Source: an uncultured Actinomycetes bacterium (GTDB lineage: Bacteria > Actinomycetota > Thermoleophilia > Gaiellales > Gaiellaceae). Taken from it: a stretch of 64,000 nucleotides of DNA. The translations under genes were made by a program, and so were the position numbers. The stretch spans positions 38,020 to 102,019 of the forward strand of contig CAVWPL010000006.1 of NCBI GenBank assembly GCA_963756925.1, written 5' to 3'. Below the pieces are notes generated by a model. The model was not told the DNA's origin, did no database searches, and saw nothing but the letters and a program-made list of their open reading frames with translations. Of this stretch, positions 1-10,087 are shown piece after piece. Position 1 is the first letter of the stretch; each line of letters begins with the position of its first letter.

Positions 1-206
1 GGGTCTACGAACCCACCTGAGCCACCGACCCCGCCACGACGCTCGTACCCCAACCCGGCGATTCCTAAGCCCCATGCAGCGTCGGTTACCGGACGTCGGT
101 GGCCGACCTCGCGTATGCATGTACGACCGACGATGTTCGCCCCGGCGAAAATCCGGTTCTCACTCGCTAGGGTTGAGATCGCATCCACGCGTGACCGGAG
201 GTCGTC

Positions 207-335
207 ATGAGCAAGAGTGCCGACAAGCCGAAGAAGCAACAGAAGAAGAAGCCGCAGAAGACGCTCAAGGAGCGGCGAAGCGAGAAGCGCACCGCCAAGA
301 AGTTCGGCCCTGGCTCTCTCCAGGGCGGTGCATAG
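207..335 (+). CDS. small lysine-rich basic protein (42 aa), hypothetical
   Basis: ATG at 207 is preceded by GGAGG (197-201) with a 5-nt spacer. Own translation: MSKSADKPKKQQKKKPQKTLKERRSEKRTAKKFGPGSLQGGA, stop TAG at 333-335. Below the ORF-track length cutoff. Codons are mostly G/C-ending. Confidence 0.35.
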   Translation: MSKSADKPKKQQKKKPQKTLKERRSEKRTAKKFGPGSLQGGA

Positions 336-827
336 GCCCGACTGAACAGGCTCTCTCCTCTATGTGAGTCGTTTGGCCGAGATAGGCGCGAGAAGCCCGG
401 ACGGATGACAGGACAGCCTCGATCGCGCCTACCCCGACCTGCTCGTGGGGCGCTCATGTCTCCCCGCGCCTCACGGTAAACCTCCGATCTGCTTCCGCGG
501 GACGCGTTCTCCACCTCGCGGCCAAACGTTTCCCGGTTCCTGTCGTCAGGTCCTCCCGCCCGCGAGCGAGTTCGTCGAGGTGTCTCGAATCCCCAGCGAC
601 TTCCTCTGCTCTGGGTGAGGTCGTGTTCCGCCCCGCGCGTCATGCTCGCGCGGGCGGGGTCGGGATCTCCCGACGGCATCCCGACTCCGCCATCACGGCG
701 AATACCCGCATGGTGATGCGGGGCCGGACTCCCCCCTGTTGGCCGCCGACCCCGCTTTCGAGGGTTCTAGCCAACGCTGTCCTGGCCATGCGGTCAGGTC
801 AATCCCGATCCCGTGTCAACCCGTTGA

Positions 828-2528
828 CTACCCGCGGGGGCTCGGCGGCATGCAGATCGAGCTCGGAGGGACACCATTCAGCAGCGTGATCCGCGGCTCG
901 TCGCTCGCATGTGGAATCGCGGCCCCGCCGATGAGGATTCCGAGGAGAAGCAGCCAGATCGCCCCGATGATGCGCGCCCACAGCGGCGTATGAAGCCGCT
1001 CTCGATCCGAGGTCGCACGACCGCTCGGCACTACAGGCTCGGTGTGCATCTCCCAACTCGTCTCGACCGGAGCTACGGCGACCACTGCCGCAGCGACCTC
1101 GCCAGCGACATCCGGTTCCATCGCGCTCGCGGACGCGACGGGCATCGTCTCGACGGCCGCAGGGCTCGGCGCTTGGTGGACCACCGAGACGTTCCCGGGT
1201 TGTGGGCTAACGTCGCCGACACGTCCGGCAAGCCACACGAATCCGGCTTCGTCGAGAGTCCCGACATCGCCGGTCACGTACCAGTCGCCGCGGAACGCCG
1301 ACTTCGTGCTCGCGGGCGCGTTCCAGTAGCCGGCGAAGAGCGACGGCGGCGTTCCCCGGAGCGCGATCTCTCCTTGGTGGCCCGGTGGTAGCTCGTGCCC
1401 GCTGCCGTCGACCACAGCGACCTCGTAGCCGGGGAGCGGGCGACCGATCGAGCCGCGCAGTGGCTCGCCCTCGAGCCCGTGGCCGACGATCACGCCGGTT
1501 TCCGCCTGGCCGTACCCGTCATGAATCAGGAGTCCCGTGCGTTCCTCGACGATCTCGACCAGCACCTCTGGGAGTTGATTGCCTGTGGAAACGAGGCGCC
1601 TCAGCCTCTCGGAGCGGACGCGCTCGAGCCGATCGGACTCGGCCAGGAACGCGTACTCACCCGGTGTGCGACAGAGCGTGGTCACGCCCAGCCGCCCAAC
1701 GAGCTCGATCTCCTCGGTCGGATCGAGTGGCGCCTCGTTGAGCACGATCTGGGCGCCGCAGGCCCATGGCCCGAAGAGGGAGCTCCAGAGTGCCTGAGCC
1801 GAGTTGGCCGGCGCCGAGCACCACACGACGTCACCCGGGCCGGCGTCCAGCCAGTGCTCGGCATGGAGCCGGGCCGCGAACGTCGCCTGGTGTGTGTGTG
1901 TAGCCCCTCTCGGACCGTTCGTGCGCCCCGTCGTCCAGACGATGAGTGCGGGGTCGCTTCCGGACGTGTCCGCCGTGGGGCACTCGTTGGGAAACCGGTG
2001 CGCCAGGGCCTGCGCCTCGTCGACGGTCAGGGCCGTGACCTTCCCTGCCGGCGGATCGAGCCCGGTCACCATGGCTGGCTCGGCGACGACGACCTTCGCT
2101 CCGACCGCCGCGACGCGGATCTCGAGCGCGGCTGTCGGGAGTGCGTCCGAGCACGGCACCGTTACCGCGCCGATCTTGATGCAGGCGAGCACGATCTCGA
2201 GCCAGTCAGGGCTCGCTCCTACCGACACGAGCACACGGTCACCCGGAGAGACGCCGTGCTCCCGGAGATACGACGCCCAGCGCGCGGCGCCGTGCGCTAG
2301 GTGCACGAACGTCCGCGGCTCGATGATGCCGTCCCTTCCGACGAACGTGAGCGCCTGTCGCTTCGTGTCTCGCGCGAGCACCTCGACGACATCGCGGGTG
2401 AAGTTGAACCGGCTCGGGACGCACCAACGCCCGTCGGAGAGGGCAGGAGCGAGCGCGGCGTCGAGCAAGCTCGGGCCATCCCGGCTCGCTTGTGCGCTTC
2501 TGCGCGCGCCGAAGACGACGGACTTCAC
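828..2528 (-). CDS. AMP-dependent synthetase/ligase (acyl-CoA synthetase family) with atypical C-terminus
   Basis: 566-aa ORF with adenylate-forming motifs: WTTGRTNGPRGATHTH, GYGQAETG, GDWYVTGDVGTLDEAGFVWLAGRVGDV. The C-terminal subdomain is short, with PSGR where SGK is usual. It ends in a hydrophobic helix, LWARIIGAIWLLLLGILIGGAAI. Confidence 0.85.
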   Translation of the reverse strand: MKSVVFGARRSAQASRDGPSLLDAALAPALSDGRWCVPSRFNFTRDVVEVLARDTKRQALTFVGRDGIIEPRTFVHLAHGAARWASYLREHGVSPGDRVLVSVGASPDWLEIVLACIKIGAVTVPCSDALPTAALEIRVAAVGAKVVVAEPAMVTGLDPPAGKVTALTVDEAQALAHRFPNECPTADTSGSDPALIVWTTGRTNGPRGATHTHQATFAARLHAEHWLDAGPGDVVWCSAPANSAQALWSSLFGPWACGAQIVLNEAPLDPTEEIELVGRLGVTTLCRTPGEYAFLAESDRLERVRSERLRRLVSTGNQLPEVLVEIVEERTGLLIHDGYGQAETGVIVGHGLEGEPLRGSIGRPLPGYEVAVVDGSGHELPPGHQGEIALRGTPPSLFAGYWNAPASTKSAFRGDWYVTGDVGTLDEAGFVWLAGRVGDVSPQPGNVSVVHQAPSPAAVETMPVASASAMEPDVAGEVAAAVVAVAPVETSWEMHTEPVVPSGRATSDRERLHTPLWARIIGAIWLLLLGILIGGAAIPHASDEPRITLLNGVPPSSICMPPSPRG

Positions 2529-2844
2529 GGCATGTGAGTTATCGGGTCTACCGCGGTACCGACTGAACGGTGGAACGAGTGATCTCGCTGCAGAGACGAC
2601 AAGGGGCCCGGGTGGGCGGGCCCCTTGCTTTTCGTCGACGCAACTTCGGGGTCAGGCGGATCCCGCCTGCGGGGAGAGGAGCTGCGCCGTAGGTCGCGTA
2701 TGTGTTTCACATCGCACTTGCGATTGATAGGCACCCACAGAACTTTCCACAGACCGAATGCCGCAAAGTGGACGAACTCCGTCTCGTTCTTCCACAGGTC
2801 GGGCCGCGCAATGTCACGCACATCCCGGCCCAGGGCCTGCGGGC

Positions 2845-2850
2845 TAGACT
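2845..2850 (+). promoter_or_regulatory. putative -10 hexamer TAGACT, 6 nt upstream of the pdxS ATG (leaderless-type)
   Basis: TAGACT at 2845-2850, spacer ccgcgc, ATG at 2857. No Shine-Dalgarno sequence. The same architecture recurs across the window. Confidence 0.4.
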
Positions 2851-2856
2851 CCGCGC

Positions 2857-3778
2857 ATGGCCGAGTACGGCACCTCCCGAGTCAAGACAGGCCTCGCAGA
2901 GATGCTCAAGGGCGGCGTGATCATGGACGTCGTCGACGCCGAGCAGGCGCGCGTCGCCGAGGAGGCAGGCGCATGCGCGGTCATGGCACTCGAGCGAGTT
3001 CCCGCTGACATCCGACGCGACGGAGGCGTCGCGCGGATGAGCGGACCCGCAGAAGATCCGCGAGATCCAGGAGGTTGTGACGATCCCGGTGATGGCGAAG
3101 TGCCGGATCGGCCACTTCGCCGAAGCGCAGATCCTGGAGGCGCTCGAGGTCGACTACATCGACGAGTCGGAGGTCTTGACCCCTGCGGACATCCAGAATC
3201 ACGTCGACAAGTGGTCGTTCACCGTCCCATTCGTCTGCGGCGCGACGAACCTCGGGGAGGCGCTGCGGCGCATCTCGGAGGGCGCAGCAATGATCCGGAC
3301 GAAAGGTGAGGCGGGGACCGGAGACATCGTCAACGCCGTTACGCACATGCGATCCGTCTTCGGGGCGATCAGGCACCTTCAGACGCTGCGGGAGGAAGAG
3401 CTCTATGCCGCGGCCAAGGAGCATCGCGCTCCGTACGAGCTCGTGCGCTGGGTCGCCGAAAACGGTCGCCTTCCGGTCGTGACGTTCACCGCGGGTGGCA
3501 TCGCGACCCCCGCGGACGCATCGCTCTGCATGCAGCTGGGCGCGGACGGTGTCTTCGTCGGGTCCGGCATCTTCAAGTCGGGCCGCGACGCGCGAGAGGA
3601 CCCGGACGGCTGGATCGAGGACGTCTCACGCCGCGCGCGCGCGATCGTCGAGGCAACGACCCACTTCAACGACGCGAAGGTCCTCGCCGACGTCTCCACG
3701 GGTCTCGGTCAGCCAATGGTCGGCATCTCCGCGAGCTCGCTCCCCGAGGACGAGCGGCTCGAAGTTCGCGGCTGGTGA
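2857..3778 (+). CDS. pdxS: pyridoxal 5'-phosphate synthase subunit PdxS (reading frame broken near 3043)
   Basis: ORF 2857..3309 starts [62 protein letters not shown]. It continues in the next frame as [42 protein letters not shown]... (ORF 3077..3778). This is a classic PdxS/SNZ sequence with a single-nt indel at about 3043-3045. Confidence 0.9.
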
Positions 3779-3795
3779 CGCGCCTTCAGTAGCGA

Positions 3796-4368
3796 TTGGT
3801 GGAGAGTCCGCCACGGATCGGGGTGCTCGCTCTCCAGGGGGCATTCCGTGAGCACTCACGGTCTCTGGCGAGCCTCGGCGCGGAGGTGGTCGAGGTGCGA
3901 AAGCCGGATGACATGGACGATCTCGACGGTCTCGTCATCCCTGGAGGCGAGTCGACGACGATCGTCCAGCTCGCACAGACGTACGGGCTCGACGAGGCGA
4001 TCCAGCGGTTCCAGGGCGCGGTCTTCGGAACGTGCGCCGGCATGATCGTGCTCGACCGCGACCATCTCGGTCTCACGGACATCGTGGTCGATCGGAATGC
4101 GTACGGTCGTCAAGTGTGGAGCTTCGAGGCCGATGTCACGCTCGTCGGCGACGACCTACCGCTGCGCGGGGTCTTCATCCGCGCACCGCGAGTGCGCGAG
4201 CTCGGGCCGGACGTCGAGGTGCTCGCCGAGCACGACGGCGAGCCGGTGCTGGTTCGCGACGGTCGCGTCCTGCTGGCGGCGTTTCATCCGGAGCTCACGG
4301 ATGATCTGCGCGTGCACGCGCTTTTTCTGGACGTGGTGAGAGAGGAGCAGGGTGTCCGGTCACTCTAA
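3796..4368 (+). CDS. pdxT: pyridoxal 5'-phosphate synthase glutaminase subunit PdxT
   Basis: 190-aa ORF with [33 protein letters not shown] (Cys nucleophile) and AAFHPELT. It lies directly downstream of pdxS. Confidence 0.9.
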   Translation: MVESPPRIGVLALQGAFREHSRSLASLGAEVVEVRKPDDMDDLDGLVIPGGESTTIVQLAQTYGLDEAIQRFQGAVFGTCAGMIVLDRDHLGLTDIVVDRNAYGRQVWSFEADVTLVGDDLPLRGVFIRAPRVRELGPDVEVLAEHDGEPVLVRDGRVLLAAFHPELTDDLRVHALFLDVVREEQGVRSL

Positions 4369-5108
4369 GTGGAGCTCGATCAAGCACAAGAAGGGCGCAG
4401 CCGATGCCAAGCGCGGCAAGTTGTTCTCGAAGCTCTCACGCGCGATCATCGTCGCGGCGAGAGAGGGGGGGCCCGACGCGGCCTCGAACCTCGCCCTCCA
4501 GAACGCGATCGAGAAGGCTCGTTCGTACTCGATGCCGAAGGACAACATCGAGCGCGCGATTGCGAAGGGAGCGGGGGTGGACGCCGACGGGTCGAGCTAC
4601 GAGACGGTCGGTGTACGAGGGCTACGGGCCCGAGGGGGTGGCGGTTCTCGTGGAGACCCTTACGGACAACCGGAATCGCACGGCGTCCGACGTGCGACAC
4701 CTGTTCGCGAAACACGGCGGCAATCTCGGCACGAGCGGGGGCGTGGCGTGGCAGTTCGAACGGCGCGGCGTCATTCTCGTCGGAGCCGACGGAGTGGACG
4801 AGGACGAGCTCGTCCTCGTGGCGGCCGACGCCGGAGCGGACGACGTGGAGCTAGACGGCACCACCTATCTGGTGACTTCCGCACCCGAGGAGCTTCGCGC
4901 CGTGCGCGAGGCGATCGAGGCGTCGGGTCTCCAGGTCGAGTCAGCGGAGCTGTCGATGGTGCCGAAGACGACGATCCCGATCGCCGACGAGGCGACTGCC
5001 CGGAGGGTGATTCACCTTGTCGAGGGGCTCGAAGACGTGGACGATGTGCAGGACGTCTATGCGAACTTCGACATTTCCGAATCGATGCTGGAAACGGTAG
5101 CGTCCTGA
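4352..5108 (+). CDS. yebC: YebC/PmpR family DNA-binding regulator (frame broken near 4610)
   Basis: [32 protein letters not shown]... (frame of 4352) joins ...[39 protein letters not shown]... (ORF 4404..5108). The extra base lies around gtcggtg at 4607-4613. Confidence 0.9.
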
Positions 5109-5112
5109 CCCT

Positions 5113-7042
5113 GTGACGACGGCGGACGTCAAGATGCCCGTGACGGCGGACCGGATCGAGTCGCTGCTCTCTGCGCGCCTTTTCGTCGAGCCGCAGCTCG
5201 CCGGCGGCCGGCTGACCTTCCTCTCGAACCTGTCCGGGCAGCTGAGCCTCTACTCCATGGACAGCCGCGGAGGCGTTCCCGACCCATTGCTCCCGGGGCG
5301 CATCGCGCTGCAGAACCCGGAGCTCATCGGCGGGTACTCGTTCCACGTCGTGCCGGAGCTCGATCGCATCGTCCTGATGATCGACAGCGACGGGGACGAG
5401 AACTACGAGCCCTACCTGATCCCGCTCGAGGGAGGCTTCCCGGAGCCGCTGGCGCCGGAGTCGTTCGTCGGCCACCGCTCGCACCTCGTCGACTTCGATC
5501 CGAAGACGAATACGGCGTACTTCGGTGCCGAGTCGCGGCAGGAGTCGCTCATCACGGCGTTCCGCGTGCAGCTCGCAACCGGCGAAGTCGAGGCGATCTG
5601 GCAGAGCCAGTACGGTGCGATGCCGGCCGCCTGGAGCCCCGACCATTCACGCGCATTCCTCGCCGACTTCTACACGGCCGGCGACAGCGTCATCTACGAG
5701 CCGGATGGCGACAGCCGTCGAATTCTCTACGGCACGCCGATCGAAGAGCGCCGAGAAGGCGTCGAGTACCCGCCCTCGGGCCTCCATTCGGCGCACTGCA
5801 CGGCGAGCGCGAAGGGGCTCCTCCTCGCATCGAGCCTCTTCGAGGACACCGGTACACCCGGCTACCTCGATCTCGCGCAGCCGGGAGAGATCGAGCCGGT
5901 GGCGATCGACGGGCTGCGCCACGATGGCGCGGGTGAGCTCTCGGGGATCGCGCACGTCGAGGACGACCGCTACGTCGTCCAGTACAACGTCGACGGCTGC
6001 TCCTGGGCGTACGAGACACGTCTCGACGAGGCGGGAAGACGGCTCACGGTCGAGCGCGTGCTCGTCGGTGAGGGCGAGCTCGCAGGCGGCGTTCTCCACG
6101 GCCTCCACTACGACGAGGGAAGCGGCGGGTTCGCGCTCTCCTTCTGCACAGCCACGCTGCCGACCCAGCTGTACGTCATCGACGCCGAGACTGCGGCTCC
6201 TGCGCGCAAGACGCGCGAGCGCCCGCTCGGCATCTCGCCTGAGCTCTTGTCCGCGGGTGAGGACGCGTCGTTCGAGTCGCACGACGGCCTCCGCGTCTCG
6301 GCGCGGCTCTACCTGCCTTCGGAGGAGCTCGGATACGTCGGCGAGCGGCCGCTCGTCTACTACGTGCATGGAGGGCCGCAGAGCCAGGAGCGTCCGAACT
6401 TCGCCTGGTTCTCGATGCCGCTGATCCAGATCCTGACGCTCGAGGGATTTGCCGTCTTCGTCCCGAATGCGCGTGGCTCGACGGGGTACGGCCTCGAGCT
6501 ACACCAAGCGAGTGGATCGCGACTGGGGTGGCCAGGATCGGCTCGACCACGTTCATGCGATGACCGAGGTGTTGCCGGGCCACGAGCGCGTGGACGTCGG
6601 CCGCGCCGGCGTCGTCGGGCGCTCGTACGGCGGGTACATGACCCTCATGCTCGCGAGCCGGCATCCGGAGCTCTGGCGGGCGGCCGTCGACATGTTCGGT
6701 CCGTACGACCTGTACACGTTCTCCCAGCGGATCCCCGAGACGTGGAAGCCGTACTTCGCCCTTGCCCTCGGAGATCCGGAGCGCGACCGCGACTTCCTCG
6801 ACGAGCGGTCGCCGAAGACGACGATCGCGGAGATCGCCGCGCCGCTGCTCGTCATCCAGGGTCAGAACGACCCGCGTGTGGTAGAGCGCGAGTCGCACGA
6901 CCTCGTCGAGAGTCTGCGCGCGCTGGGCAAGGATGTCGACTACCTCGTCTTCGAGGACGAGGGCCACGATGTCCTGAAGCTCGGCAACCGGGTGCGCTGC
7001 TACGACAAGATCGTCGGCTTCTTCTCCGAGCACCTCGCCTGA
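5113..7042 (+). CDS. S9 family serine peptidase (prolyl oligopeptidase / dipeptidyl aminopeptidase-like), frame broken near 6497
   Basis: The long N-terminal region looks like a propeller domain and is followed by [10 protein letters not shown]...NARGSTGYG. The frame switches into ORF 6449..7042, which carries GRSYGGYM (GxSxGG nucleophile), QGQNDPRV and EDEGHD. Confidence 0.8.
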
Positions 7043-7050
7043 GGGCCTGT

Positions 7051-7056
7051 TAGGGT
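7051..7056 (+). promoter_or_regulatory. putative -10 hexamer TAGGGT, 7 nt upstream of the GTG start at 7064
   Basis: TAGGGT at 7051-7056, spacer cgcaccc, GTG at 7064. No Shine-Dalgarno sequence. Confidence 0.35.
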
Positions 7057-7063
7057 CGCACCC

Positions 7064-7583
7064 GTGCGTTGGCTCGCGATCCTCTTCGCCCTACTCGCGC
7101 TCGTCGCGGTCGGTGCCGGCTGCGGTGGCGGCGACGACGAGGCGAGTGACGATCCCGAGACCACGGTGACCGACACGGACACCGACGAGACGACGACCGA
7201 CGATACGACGACGGATGACGACGACCGAGACGAGACGGACACCGATAACTCGGGCGACCTTTCCGGCGAGTGTCTCGAGGCCGTGCAGGCGTACTCTGCG
7301 GCGCTCGCGGCGGCCGGCGCCGGCGGCGACACAGAAGATTCGCTCGACGTCTTCCAGGAGTTCGCGGACCAGGCTCCAGAGGAGATCCGGGACGACTTTC
7401 AGGTGCTCGCTCAAGCGTACGCCGAGTACGTCAAGGTCGTGGGTGAGCTCGATCTGCAGCCTGGAGTGGTCCCGAGCGCCGACGAGCTCGCAGGAGCTTA
7501 CGGCGGCGTCGGCGGCATTCAACGACCCGGAGGTCGCTGCGGCGAACGAACGAGTGACCGTCTGGGCCGACGAGAACTGCTAG
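7064..7583 (+). CDS. acidic Thr/Asp-rich lipoprotein, hypothetical (frame broken near 7490)
   Basis: Signal peptide with lipobox: MRWLAILFALLALVAVGAGC. A TD-rich low-complexity linker follows. The C-terminus continues in ORF 7215..7583 as ...ELTAASAAFNDPEVAAANERVTVWADENC. Confidence 0.55.
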
Positions 7584-7641
7584 CCGCTCCTTTCTACGAA
7601 TTCGACTGAGCGGCTCGCGGAGGGACGTCCGGGGCGCACAC

Positions 7642-7647
7642 TACCTT
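7642..7647 (+). promoter_or_regulatory. putative -10 hexamer TACCTT, 6 nt upstream of the ruvC GTG (leaderless-type)
   Basis: TACCTT at 7642-7647, spacer ctgtac, GTG at 7654. Confidence 0.4.
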
Positions 7648-7653
7648 CTGTAC

Positions 7654-8157
7654 GTGAAAGTCCTCGGCATCGACCCAGGGACAGCTGCGTGCGGGTACGG
7701 GATCGTCCACGAAAGCGACGGCCGCCTCCGGGCGGTGCTCCACGGGGAGTGGCGGACGTCCGCGCGAGCGCGTCTGGAGGACCGCCTGCTGACGATCTTC
7801 GCGGGGGTGCAGGAGCTCGTTGCGGAGCATGCGCCCGACGCCGTCGCAATCGAGGAGTCCTTCGTGGGTGCAGACGCCCGCATCGCGCTCTCCGTCGGGC
7901 AGGCGCGCGGCGCCGTGCTCGTCGCCGCAGCGTCCGCCGGCATTGACTGCGCCGAGTACGCCCCTGCCCGCGTGAAGCAGACCGTGTGCGGCTACGGCCG
8001 GGCGGAGAAGGGGCAGATGCAGCGCATGGTGCGCTTGATCCTCTCGCTGGACGCCGAGCCGAAGTCCACGCACGCGGCCGACGCGCTCGCTGTCGCCATC
8101 TGCCACGCACTCGCGCCTCCGCTGCTCGACATTGCCGGACTCGAGGCGGCTGGATGA
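7654..8157 (+). CDS. ruvC: crossover junction endodeoxyribonuclease RuvC
   Basis: MKVLGIDPGTAACGYGIV..., AIEESFVG, QARGAVLVAAA, YGRAEKGQMQRMV, THAADALAVAICH. The stop overlaps the ruvA start (ATGA at 8154-8157). Confidence 0.93.
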   Translation: MKVLGIDPGTAACGYGIVHESDGRLRAVLHGEWRTSARARLEDRLLTIFAGVQELVAEHAPDAVAIEESFVGADARIALSVGQARGAVLVAAASAGIDCAEYAPARVKQTVCGYGRAEKGQMQRMVRLILSLDAEPKSTHAADALAVAICHALAPPLLDIAGLEAAG

Positions 8158-8747
8158 TCTCGCGACTCCGTGGCCGGCCAGCCGGAAGAACGTCCGAGGG
8201 GCTCGTCCTCGACGTCGGGGGCGTCGGCTACCTCGTCGCGGCGACGACATCGGCGCTGCGAAAGGCGGACGGTGCCCGGGACCATGCCGGCGGAGGCGAT
8301 GCTGCCGGAGAGGTCGTCATCGACACGTTCCTGCACGTCCGGGAAGACACCCTGCAGCTGTACGGCTTCGGCGACACGGCCGAGCGGGAGCTCTTTCTCC
8401 GCCTTCTGGGCGTCAGCGGAATCGGGCCAAAGGTTGCGCTCGGGGTCGTCTCGAGCGGATCATCCGCCGACCTCCGTAGGGCCATCGTCGCCGGTGACAC
8501 CGCACGCTTTCAGGCGATCCCTGGGATCGGAAAGAAGACGGCCGAGCGTATCGTCCTCGAGCTCAGAGGCTCGATCTCCGACGCAGTCGAGCCGGGAGAG
8601 ACAACCACGCCGGCGGAGCTCGTCGCACGCGATGCCCTCGTCGAGCTCGGCTACAGCGTCGTCGAGGCCGAGCGAGTGTTGGCGGACGTCGATCCGACCC
8701 TGCCTGCGGAAGAGCGCATCCGGCTTGCGCTCAGGGTGGCAGCGTGA
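8154..8747 (+). CDS. ruvA: Holliday junction DNA helicase subunit RuvA
   Basis: An internal ATG at 8154 within ORF 7986..8747 gives MISRLRGR...VGGVGYLV...TLQLYGF...[22 protein letters not shown]...[16 protein letters not shown]. It lies between ruvC and ruvB. Confidence 0.9.
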   Translation: MISRLRGRPAGRTSEGLVLDVGGVGYLVAATTSALRKADGARDHAGGGDAAGEVVIDTFLHVREDTLQLYGFGDTAERELFLRLLGVSGIGPKVALGVVSSGSSADLRRAIVAGDTARFQAIPGIGKKTAERIVLELRGSISDAVEPGETTTPAELVARDALVELGYSVVEAERVLADVDPTLPAEERIRLALRVAA

Positions 8748-9754
8748 GCTCGCCGTTTCTCGCACCCGCCCTGCACGAGGGCGAAGAGGAGGTCGAGCGC
8801 TCCCTCCGGCCGCGCAGGCTCGACGAGTTCGTGGGGCAGGAGCGGACGAAGGAACAGCTCGAGATCGCGCTCGAAGCCGCACGAGGGCGCGGCGAGGCAC
8901 TCGATCACGTCCTGCTCGTCGGCCCCCCCGGCCTCGGGAAGACGACGCTCGCGACGATCGTCCGGGAGGAGCTCGGCGTGGGTCTGCGGACAGTCGCCGG
9001 CCCGGCTCTCGAGCGGAAAGGCGACATGGCGGCGATCCTCACGGGCCTCGAGCCGCGGGACGTCCTCTTCATCGACGAGATTCACCGCCTGAACCACGCG
9101 ATCGAGGAGATCCTGTACCCGGCGCTCGAGGACTTTCGGCTCGACATCATCGTCGGCCAGGGAGCAGCTGCTCGCACGCTTACTCTCGATCTTCCGCCGT
9201 TCACGCTGGTCGGCGCGACGACGCGTACCGGTCTGCTCACCACACCGCTGCGCGATCGCTTCGGGATGACGTTCCGGCTCGGCTACTACGAGGCGCACGA
9301 GCTCGCGTCCATCGTTCGCCGTTCCGCGAGCATCCTCGACGTCTCGATCGACGAGGAGGCGGCCGAAGAGCTTGCGCGCCGGTCGCGTGGAACGCCGCGG
9401 GTGGCGAACAGGATCCTGCGTCGTGTCCGCGACGTCGCGGAGGTGCGGCACGCCGGTGCGATCACGCTCGAGATCGCGCGCGAGGCGCTCGAGCTGCTCG
9501 AGGTCGATGGAATGGGGCTCGAGCGCACCGACCGGGAGCTCCTCGAAGCGATCCTGCACAAGTTCGGCGGCGGCCCCGTCGGGCTCTCGACGCTCGCCGT
9601 CACGCTCGGGGAGGAGTCGGACACGATCGAGGACGTCTACGAGCCGTATCTCCTCCAGCTCGGCTTTCTTCAGCGAACTCCCCGCGGCCGCGTGATCACT
9701 GCGCTCGGGCGGGAGCACCTCGGGAGCGATCCGGGTTCGGAAGGGCTCTTCTAG
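8744..9754 (+). CDS. ruvB: Holliday junction DNA helicase RuvB
   Basis: 336-aa ORF with [13 protein letters not shown], Walker [12 protein letters not shown], Walker [10 protein letters not shown] and [15 protein letters not shown]. Confidence 0.95.
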   Translation: MSSPFLAPALHEGEEEVERSLRPRRLDEFVGQERTKEQLEIALEAARGRGEALDHVLLVGPPGLGKTTLATIVREELGVGLRTVAGPALERKGDMAAILTGLEPRDVLFIDEIHRLNHAIEEILYPALEDFRLDIIVGQGAAARTLTLDLPPFTLVGATTRTGLLTTPLRDRFGMTFRLGYYEAHELASIVRRSASILDVSIDEEAAEELARRSRGTPRVANRILRRVRDVAEVRHAGAITLEIAREALELLEVDGMGLERTDRELLEAILHKFGGGPVGLSTLAVTLGEESDTIEDVYEPYLLQLGFLQRTPRGRVITALGREHLGSDPGSEGLF

Positions 9755-9756
9755 GC

Positions 9757-10073
9757 GTGGCAACGCAGATCTGGACGCCCGGAGCCGCGGGTCCGCTCGA
9801 CGAGTTCATCGGTCGAATCACGCGCATGGTGGCCGAGTTCACCGCGGAGCATTCGCTGCAGCAAGCCGAGGTACGCCTCGAGCTCATGGACGGCTCGCGA
9901 CACATGCTGGCGAAGGCGACCGCCGAACCGGGCTTCGGGTTCTTCTCGTTCATCCCGCATGCGGACGATGGAGGCGAGCCTCGATGCGTCGTCGTCCCGA
10001 TCGGCGCCGTGAAGCTGATCGAGATCTCGTCGCCGGATCCCGAGCGGTCGTTCGGCTTCGCCCCCGAACCTGA
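9757..10073 (+). CDS. hypothetical protein downstream of ruvB; 3' end uncertain
   Basis: The segment of ORF 8170..10422 after ruvB reads VATQIWTPGAAGPLDEFIGRITRMVAEFTAEHSLQQAEVRLELMDGSRHMLAKATAEPGFGFFSFIPHADDGGEPRCVVVPIGAVKLIEISSPDPERSFGFAPEPE. This frame has no stop before 10422. A TGA at 10071 would be in frame after a 1-nt indel in the CCCCC run at 10061. Confidence 0.35.
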
Positions 10074-10087
10074 GATGCAGGCAGGTG

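Noticed and set aside
1-30. tRNA or tmRNA 3'-end-like sequence at the window edge (GGGTCTACGAACCCACCTGAGCCACC).
   Set aside because: The loop CTACGA does not match a T-loop (TTCRANN). There is no proper acceptor/CCA context on either strand. The feature would in any case be truncated by the window edge.
340-790. Possible RNase P RNA on the minus strand. GGGGGAGTCCGG resembles the GGAAAGUCCGG core, GGGGTAGGCGCGATCGAGGC resembles CCGGGUAGGCUGCUUGAG, and CCGGGCTTCTCG resembles CCCGGCUUA.
   Set aside because: The universally conserved ACAGAA before the 3' P4 strand is missing. The putative P4 strands do not pair without extra bulges. GGUAACGCC, GGUAAGGGUGAAA and GGAGCAAGG are absent. The resemblance is probably GC-rich coincidence. 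Only a covariance-model scan could settle it.
7130-7260. Repetitive ACC/GAC/GAT/ACG-rich DNA that might be taken for a tandem repeat or CRISPR-like array.
   Set aside because: It encodes the Thr/Asp-rich linker of the lipoprotein in frame. There are no unit repeats with spacers.
7584-7653. LexA/SOS box upstream of ruvC (the region contains the palindrome CGAATTCG).
   Set aside because: No GAAC-N4-GTTC-type actinobacterial SOS box is present. The palindrome is a short EcoRI-like site without the flanking consensus.
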